Assembly: GCA_016208765.1 (NCBI GenBank)
Contig: JACQXK010000004.1
Location: 148,243 to 212,242, forward strand
Reading direction: 5' to 3'
DNA: 64,000 nucleotides
Origin: Candidatus Omnitrophota bacterium
GTDB lineage: Bacteria > Omnitrophota > Gorgyraeia > Gygaellales > Profunditerraquicolaceae
Each line of letters begins with the position of its first letter. The stretch's first letter is position 1. The notes beneath the pieces were generated by a model. The model made no database searches. It was not told the origin of the DNA and was given only the letters and a program-made list of their open reading frames with translations. Below, piece after piece: positions 53,401 to 62,400 of this stretch. Both the position numbers and the translations under genes were made by a program.

Positions 53401-56400
53401 TAATCACCTTCTAATAAAAGCGGCCTTTGGCCGTCTTTAGAGTTGAATGTTAAGCCATCCACAGTAAACACATCGTCTTGTTGTTCATGCACCCTGACAA
53501 ATAATTTCTTACCATCAGGACGGGTAAAAATTAGAGGATATGTCTCCCTGTCATCCCGACTCTTGGAAGCACGCCAGCCAAGAAAATTATCAATTTTAAG
53601 AGGGATATTGTGCCAAAAAGCGAATCCTGTCCTCAAAAGACCGAGCAGAGTAACACGGTTATTAGGAAAAATTAAGTATTCTTTTTTCTTCTGCACTGAA
53701 TTATCAAAGCTCCTGAATTCAACCGTATCATTGGGATAATAAACATCAATAACCGCACCATTCCTTGATGTTTTCGCCGTATGTTTAGGAATCAGTTTTT
53801 CCCCGCTTCCGGACAAAATTATCCCCTCCGGCCTAAGTTCAAAAACTACAAAATTGCTTTCATCCTCTCTATCACTAATAACCATAAACCTGCTGTGATG
53901 CGGCATATCTCTATAAATATTAAGCCGGTGATTCCCGGTTGTCCTGTAATAAGAAGCTAACGAAATAACATCTCCTCCAAAAAAAATATTTCTGCTGTTG
54001 TTAGTTTCGGGCACAGGGCAGATCCTTCTAAGGAGGCTAAACAAGATATTTTTTCTCTCTGAGCCGAATTTATGCGCAACGCCTAAGCAAGCGTCCCTAA
54101 ATGCAATAAACGCTTCAGAAATATCAATAAACAAATTCTCTTTATTATCTCCCTTGGCCACTTCACTGATAATCACACGGCCATCTAACTGAAATTCTAA
54201 AACTATCGCCTTTTCTGAATCGCGCAAAATAATCTCAATTTTTCGGTTTGTAATTAAATAAAGCGACATTTCAGAAGAGGTTGAATGCGGGCCGTTAATA
54301 TTTCTTGCGGAGATTCTACCAGAAAGCATATCAGGAATAGTGATTCTTACGTCGGAAAACCTGAAATTCCTACTAATAGGCTCATCTGTATATTCCACTA
54401 AAACAACCATACCTAAATCTGCTGACTTTAAGTCATGAGTTTTCATCCAAGAATACAAGGCTGCTAACTTTTTTGACGCTGTATCAGCAGTAATGCTGGG
54501 CATACGCAAAACAACTTCAGTAGGAGTGGGAGCTCGTCCAAATTCATTCTTAAAAGCAGTTACAATACCCATAATTTCTAATTTCCTCTGTTCTGTAAAG
54601 ACAGCGGATTTTGCCTTTCTTGCTGCAACACTCCTTTGTACTGCTAAACTGGGAAGTTTTTCTTCCGTGCCTTGCGCGTTAGTATTTGCAGCAGAAGAAG
54701 CGCTGTTAACTGCCACCACCGCGCCTACTGGAGAACTTGCATCTTGTTTATATAATGCTTGGTTTGCCTGCTGGAAATCTAATTTATGCGCGCCCTCAAT
54801 ATCAACAGACCTCCCCCCTAATTGCTTAATTAAATCCATTTGCCTGATTCTGCCGTGATTGACATAAAGCATCTGATTATGCCTGCCCCTAAAAAGATTC
54901 GCGATAGCTGCCAAGCCCAGCAGTTTACACATTTTTAAATCTTCAGGACAGGTATCTGCTGAACGATAAAAGTAATCCACTTTACCTGCCAAGCTTACGC
55001 CTAAGCCTGCAGCGGAAAAAACGTTTCCTATAAGCATGCCGGCATTCTCTAACTTTGGATGGCCAAAGGCATCAAGTTTTTTCGGGTCTGAGCCAGCTTC
55101 AAAAGCAGCTTTAGCTATAGGATTCTTTCCAAAGACCCTGGTTAATACAGCTGTATTTTCGCCATAATCCTTGTTTATCTTAACCCCTTCGGAAACAATT
55201 ACTATCGCCCAACCGTGCTTTTTATAATAAGCTCCGACATCAACGGTTAGTTTGTCCAAATCAAGGTTCGGCTCCTCAGGAATCAACGTACGGCTTGCCT
55301 GTATCTGCCTGCCGATTTCTAATGCTACGAACCCGGAATTCCTCCCAAAAACATCTACAACCAAGACTCTCTTGGTGCTGATTGCATCAACTTTTCCGTA
55401 AACTATAAGCGGTATTGCTGCCTGCACGAAGCTTAGAAATCCATAGGTAGTGGCAGTTGACTCAGGCAAAGCAATATCATTATCCATAGTCTTGGGTAAA
55501 CCGATAATCGGAAATTCCGGATGGTCTCTGTGTAAAAGATAAGAAACGCTATTCGTGTCATCGCCTCCGCAGGTAATCAGGCCGTCAAGCCTTAACGATC
55601 TAATATGTCTCCAGAGCAGGCCTGGAACACCCTTAGCAACATTTTCTTTACTATAGGGATTTGTTCGGCTGGTACGGATTACTGTCCCTCCCTGAGTGCG
55701 GTGCGGCTCGAGTTTATGCAATAAAAGAGGCTGAGCCTGGGAGATTAATTTTTCATCCACGAGCCCTTTCCAGCCTTCCCAAATACCGAATAATTCAATT
55801 CCAAACCTAGCTGCGGCTTTTGCCGCCCAATAAATTACCTGATTGTGCCCTGATGCCGGGCCGCCTCCGGTGAGAATACCGATACGCCTCATCGGGGGGA
55901 GGACGTCTGGAGTGACAGCGCTAGCAGCAACCAGTTTACCTGCCACCACCGCGCCTACTTTGTAGGGACGGTTCTGAACTGCGCTTGAAAGTGTCCCGCC
56001 CGGGGACGCTTCTAACCGTGTTTGAGAACCGTCCCTAATTATGGGGCTGGAACCATTTAATGTGTTTAAGAGTAATCCTAATATCTCTAATTTTTTGTTT
56101 TGCTCTAAGTAAAAGAAATACGGGTGAATGAAGATGGTGCCTTCAATAATTAGACAACCGGCAACTTTTGATTTGGTAAGTAAATTTCGCGAGGTAACTA
56201 AAAAATTAACCTCAAGCGGCGGAGCATTCTGTTGACAGCCGTTAGTTTGTTGAAACAATTTATTTAAAAGCGCTTCCAGATTTTCTTTACAAAATTCTGC
56301 GGATTGGCTGACTATTTGACCCGCCTCTTTCCCACATTCTACAATACTCAAAGATATTCTTCCTTGATCTTGATCAGGCTTTAGCGACAAAAACACATAA

Positions 56401-59400
56401 AAACCTTCAGGAAATGTTGCCGGCATACCAGACGGCAACTGCGATGGCACATCTAATGAATAACGTATCACTCCACCAAGCTCTGCGAGGCTGGATGATG
56501 CCTTACTCCGGCTAGCGGCGGATTCTTCTACAAGCCCCTTTGAAAACTCAATCTCAATATATGCGTAGCCATCTTCACTATTCCCGGCAACAATCTTGCC
56601 GCCTAAAATCTTCGTTACAATGTAATCCATGCTAAACATTCCCATGCCATGCCGGGTTTGCATCTTTTTTGAAGTTACTCCGTCTTTAAAAACCAACTGC
56701 CTGCCTCTTGCAAAATCATAGAGCAGGAATTCTTCAGGAAAAGCTCCGGTGTTACTGGCCCTAAAGATAATATTACCGGCATTATCTCTGCTGATATTTA
56801 CCTTAACTAATAATTTACTTCTATCTGCGGCCGCTGTAATTCCATATCCAACACCGCTAAACACGTCTTTAATATTACGCAGGATATTCTCAACTACTCT
56901 CTGCATCAGGCGATTATGCAAATTAATAATCAGATCCACGGCGCTCATGTCCTCAGAATAAATATTAAAGACAACAGCGCGGCCATTAAGATCAACAGTA
57001 ATACTCTGGCTGAATTGGCCCGCCTCCGGCAAAGTTACCGCGCAGCCAAGTTCTCTTTCTGCTGCCTGCGCAAATACCGTCTTGAGGCTTACCGGATCAC
57101 GATTGATCACCGTATTTGTCGCCATAGCAATATAATCCATTAATTTATCTGAAAGCGGTCCATCTTTGCCAAGGATATAAGCGCGCATATCCTGGATTAA
57201 TAATCTGGTTTCTACAGCAACTTCCGAAGGCTGGCTTAATTTTGTGCCTATGGCTTCTATTTCTGTTTCAAGTTTCTTTAATAAATTGACCACTCTGAAG
57301 AGCTTACCCGGAGAATCCAACGGCCCAACAAGCTCGGTATAACCTGATTCTAATTCTTCCAGAATTTTTGCTTTGACGCTCCTTGGAGTATTCATCAACC
57401 TCAAAAGATGATAACGAATCATTGCATAATTACGATGCCTAAAACTATTCAATACTATCTCTTTAACCTTCTTGTTATAAAGCCCCTTGAATCTTCTATA
57501 AACACCCAGATAAAAACTCAATTGCTGGTTCAATGCAAGTATGCTCGGCTCTAAGCTACTTACTTTTTGAATCGCGGCCAAAAGTTCTTCTCGGGCTGCC
57601 GATTCTTTTTCTACAGTATCAAGCATTTCATAATTTTGTCCGGCTTCCTGTAATGCCCTATTCGTATCAAGGGCCCAAGCATTATGCAAAATATCACCCA
57701 AAGTTTTTATCGCAGAAAACAGCTCTGTCTCAGGAAGAGATCTTGATAATCTAATTAATTTAGGAATAATATAACCTAAATCATGAACCGCTGCCCTTAA
57801 GATCCTGGAAAAATGCTCAATTCTCTCAATCAGAGAGCGCTCATTTAAGGCCTCTTGAGCCTGTAAGAGCTGCTCAGGAGTATTTATCCCAATAATTTCA
57901 TCAGCATCAGCGGTTTTAAGCAGCCTGACTATCTTGTTCGCAGTTATTAAAATATCAATTAAATAGGTAAACGGTTTATTTAATAACTCGGCGCATGCTA
58001 ACAAGTCTGCAAAAATGTTCTTTTGCAAGACACATATACCACCATTAAATAAACTTACTTTTTCCAGGTCTTGTGGGGTAAAGGTACGGCTGCCTTTTAA
58101 AACGAAACTTTGTTGTTCCAAAGCACGATCATAATCCCCTGACTCAATGATGCCAACAGCCCTGCCTTCTTCAACAGGTATAACCCCATATGTCCGGCAA
58201 GGCACAGAGTCTCTTTCCCGAGGCATATCAGCAACAATGATACTGGCATCGGCAACAGGATATTCAGGAAGATGATAACCTAAATGGCATTTGATCAATG
58301 AAAGCAAAGTCTCAGGCCTTATCCCCGGCACATCAGCAGGCATAATCATAATATGACCCTGGTTCTTCATCACTTCTAAAATTTTATCTTTAGACTGTTT
58401 TAAGACATCTGCGGTTTGAGAACCAATACATTCGTGAAATTGGATATTCAAATCTGTATAATTATTCCTGATATACTCACACACATAATCTTCTGCCACT
58501 CCAGTTAAGACCAAAATCGGAATATTATTGTCCGTGCCTTTTGAAACATTCCTTAAAGTATCCAAAATATAACCCAACATCGGTTTAATTTGCCCTGCAA
58601 CAGCAATACCTAATCCGAGTTTTATGCGAATGCCCATATCAACCAATAATTTCTTAATCCTTCCGCTCTTGCCACCGGCAAGTAATACTATGCCGACATT
58701 TTTAACTGCGCTGTGTTTATCAGTAGCTTGTTCATCATTAAAAATTTCTGACATAGATACAAGCCTTACACCACCGGGAGTGGAAGTTGCGGCGCTTGAA
58801 GCCGAATAAACTTTATTTTCTTTATATTTATCAAGCATTTGGTTTATTGTTGCGGCTTTTTCTCTGATTTCTCCTGAATTTTGAATAAAGTCTTTTGATG
58901 ATAATCTGGTAATTTCTTCTACTATGGGCCGTATTTGTTCTACAAAAGAGACAATATGCTTCCTCCTAAATTCCCCCCAAGTAACCCCTAATAATTTCAC
59001 ACGCTTAAATTTCATTTTATCAAACCCCTGCAGGCCCAAAAGAAAAAGGTGTTGTGTACTTTGAGTGCAAGCCAATACTGGATCGTCTATCTTAGTAATC
59101 TGCAAGAGCCTTAACAGAAATCTTTGCATTTCCCAAAGGACTTCTTCTCTGATTTCTGCAGGAGTATACTGATTAGTATTATTCATAAGAAAGTAAGTAT
59201 TAATTACCTGCATCCTGTTCTTGCAGATATGGCAAAACAGGTTGAATACCGTAAGCCTTAACTCTGCCTCAGTCATTTCTAAACTTGAACGCGGATTGAT
59301 AGATAAAAGAACGATCCTCTCTTTCTCACAACCACTTTGTGTTTGTAATACTGCTGCAAAAGGCCTGCCAAAACGGCTTAAAACTTTGCTCAATAATGAG

Positions 59401-62400
59401 TTATTTATTTCTTCAGGGGTGAAGTTAATTCCAAATTGCGCCATCAAATCTGCCAAATACCTGTTAAGCCTAGTTGTGACATTCTCCCTTAATCTTTCTT
59501 CTATATTAAAAGGGTTATTGGCTTTATGTTTCTTGTCTGCTGCAAATATCTTCTCTAATAATTTTTCTTCTTCGCGGTTCTTTCTCTTTGTCGCATTTAT
59601 CAGGCCGATCAAGAAAGTTACAGTCTCAAGATCAAGCGCTGTTCTAATCTCTACTCTTTCCACATCCGCAATAACCGGCTTTAATAAATCCGCCACCTTT
59701 GAGGCAATGCCAAGATACCTTGCCTGAGGGCTAAGGAACATGTCATCAATAAAAAATAATAACCCGTCTTTTGAGAAACCGCCCCTGAAACATCCCCATG
59801 CTCCGGAATTAACCAGGATTTTAAACCTTTCTTCGTTTTCTTTCTTTGAAGCTAAGAATTCTATTGCCAGAGAGTATTCAGTCTCTCTTTTGGGTTTTTC
59901 CAAAGCAAAGATCCCGGATAATCTTAACACCATCCTATTTATTACAGAAACACTAGTCTCCGGCAAGTTAATCCAGCGGTCATTAAACGCTTCTCTTAAT
60001 GTCTGCTCAAGCGACGATGAAACAGTCTGAGATAACCCTGCCACCACTGCGCCATAATTAGCAAAGCTGGATAAAAAATTAGAACCATCTCTATTGCTTA
60101 GAGCGCTACTTGCGGCAGGCCGAGTCACCTCAGCAGATTTTATGAGAATCTCTTCTAAAAACTCTAATGTTGCTTGTGGCGAACGCCCAATATGAATAGC
60201 CTCAGGAGTAACTGCTTTAAACTCATCATTAACTGCAAGAATATTACCTTTAGCTAAACATTCCTTGATTGGATCATCATTTCCGTTTTTATAAAATTCG
60301 TCACCAAAATAAAAGAAATTAATTTTATTTTCTTTCTTACCAACACCTAAAGAATCCGATATTGTGCTTATGAAATCCTCTAAGGCTACATTTTTTTGAG
60401 CAGTAGCACCGGTAATATCAATTGTTGTTCCTCCTCCAGTCCGGATATTAAAAGAAGCGCTTTTATCACCCAAACATCTACTGAAAGATACCATTAAGCT
60501 TTTCCTAGGGTCAGTTTTGTCAGACAATTCTGGGATAGGTTTTACAGCTAAGCTTCCATACATTGTTTGGCCATCATCAGTAACTATCACTCCTCTTGTT
60601 TCTACCCATGGAAATGCCATCTCTTTTTTTACTCCAGTATTTTTAGCTTCATCCTTAAAATCTTTAATATCTTGCGAAGGATAATATTGAATCGTAAATG
60701 GCGGATTCAGGCTTTCTTTCCAGGGTGTTTGCAGAACGAAATATTTATTGTTGCTTTGCGCCGAGTTTATAAACTCTTTCAAAGCTTCCCCCGTTAACCC
60801 AAAATTATTAGACGCTGCATTTTCTATAGCCTGATTGATAACTTTCTCTATAACCTCTTTATTCATCGCATGTTTTAGATTATATTTCCTAATATTACCA
60901 TCATTAAGATCTTCTTCTCCTCTATCAGTAAAACCTATTTTTGTTGCGCCTCCGCTAACATAAAATGTTAAATTTACGAAAGCTCGTTGATCATTTCTCA
61001 TCTGTTTCTTTATAGCATCAACAATCCTGCTCATTTGTTCCTCTTTTGAATTACCCGAAATAATAGCCACTTTCACGCCTTCTCGCAACAACCGCATAAA
61101 AACATAAGCAAGGCGCGTATAATTAGTAACCGATTCTGACTTCTTAGGAAGGATGGTTTTATCAACGTCAAATACAAACCCACCCTGCCGCCTGATTCTT
61201 GCCCAATTTCCTATGATATATGAAATAACTCCTCCAACAATAGGGTCATCTTTAAACAACCCTAATTGTCCATTTACCCACAACCTTCTATCAGCACTTA
61301 ATGTTGCAAGGACCAACCTTCCTGCATCTTTCTTCAGATCAACTATTTTAAAACCTGCCTTTTTAATTCCAAAAAGAGAAATAATTGCTTCCCGCAACTC
61401 AGTAGAAAACATTTCTATTTCATCTGACTCAGCCTTAACTGCAACACCGCTAACTCTGCCCATAGACACATCGGTAACCTCAGTTAAATCATTAAAGGTT
61501 CTCTCAACATCCTCATCCCTTAAATAACTATCTAAGACATAATCAACGTAACTGCTAATTTCTTTATCAAACTCAACTTGTGCATCACTTTGCATATCGC
61601 TTGCGATAAAACGATAAATTTGCTTCAGCTTTCTTAACAACTCATTGCCTCTTCCGTCACGCTCCCTTCTCATTACTCCAAGATTTATCTTTACCGCCGA
61701 TTTAGCATTTTCAATCGCTTCTTTAATTCCGGGAACAATGAGCACCGGAGCGATATTCTTTTCCAAAGAGACATTTGAATAAATAATTACATCAGCTGTT
61801 TCTATCGCTTCTTTTGCCTCTTGAGTGATGGAAACTGTTTTCGCACCCCGCGTTGAGGAAAAACTGCTAATAGCTTCCGCTACTTGGGGAACATGTTTTT
61901 TATCTATTTGCCTCGTTGAGATTTCTATATCTTTCTTTAATACCTGCATTTCTTTTGTAACCTCAAGTACTGTAAATCTATTTGGTAAACGATAAACAAT
62001 GTCTTCTGTTACCCTGGCTAATTCATCAATAAAGGATTGAACATTAAATTCATGAGTATCGTTATTAACCAACCACATACCAATAATTGGCGACTTAGAT
62101 TTATAATGCGTTAAACTTTCTTCTGAAAAGTGGATTGTTCCATCTTCCCTGATAGCAACCAGATGCTGCCTTTGCTCTGTCGGAAGAATTACCCGATCTC
62201 CTTTTTTCAAGCTTAAAAGTATCGCAATTTCATCAACAGCTTTCTGCCATTCAGGCTTACCAGTTTCTCCCAACAAATAAGCAGCTCCCACTAAAACCAT
62301 GCTTCTTAATGGCATATTTTTCAATGAAAAGCGCTTAGTTTCACCAAGCCCATACCAAAGATCATAAAATTTCTCTAAATATTCTGCTAATTTCCTAAGT

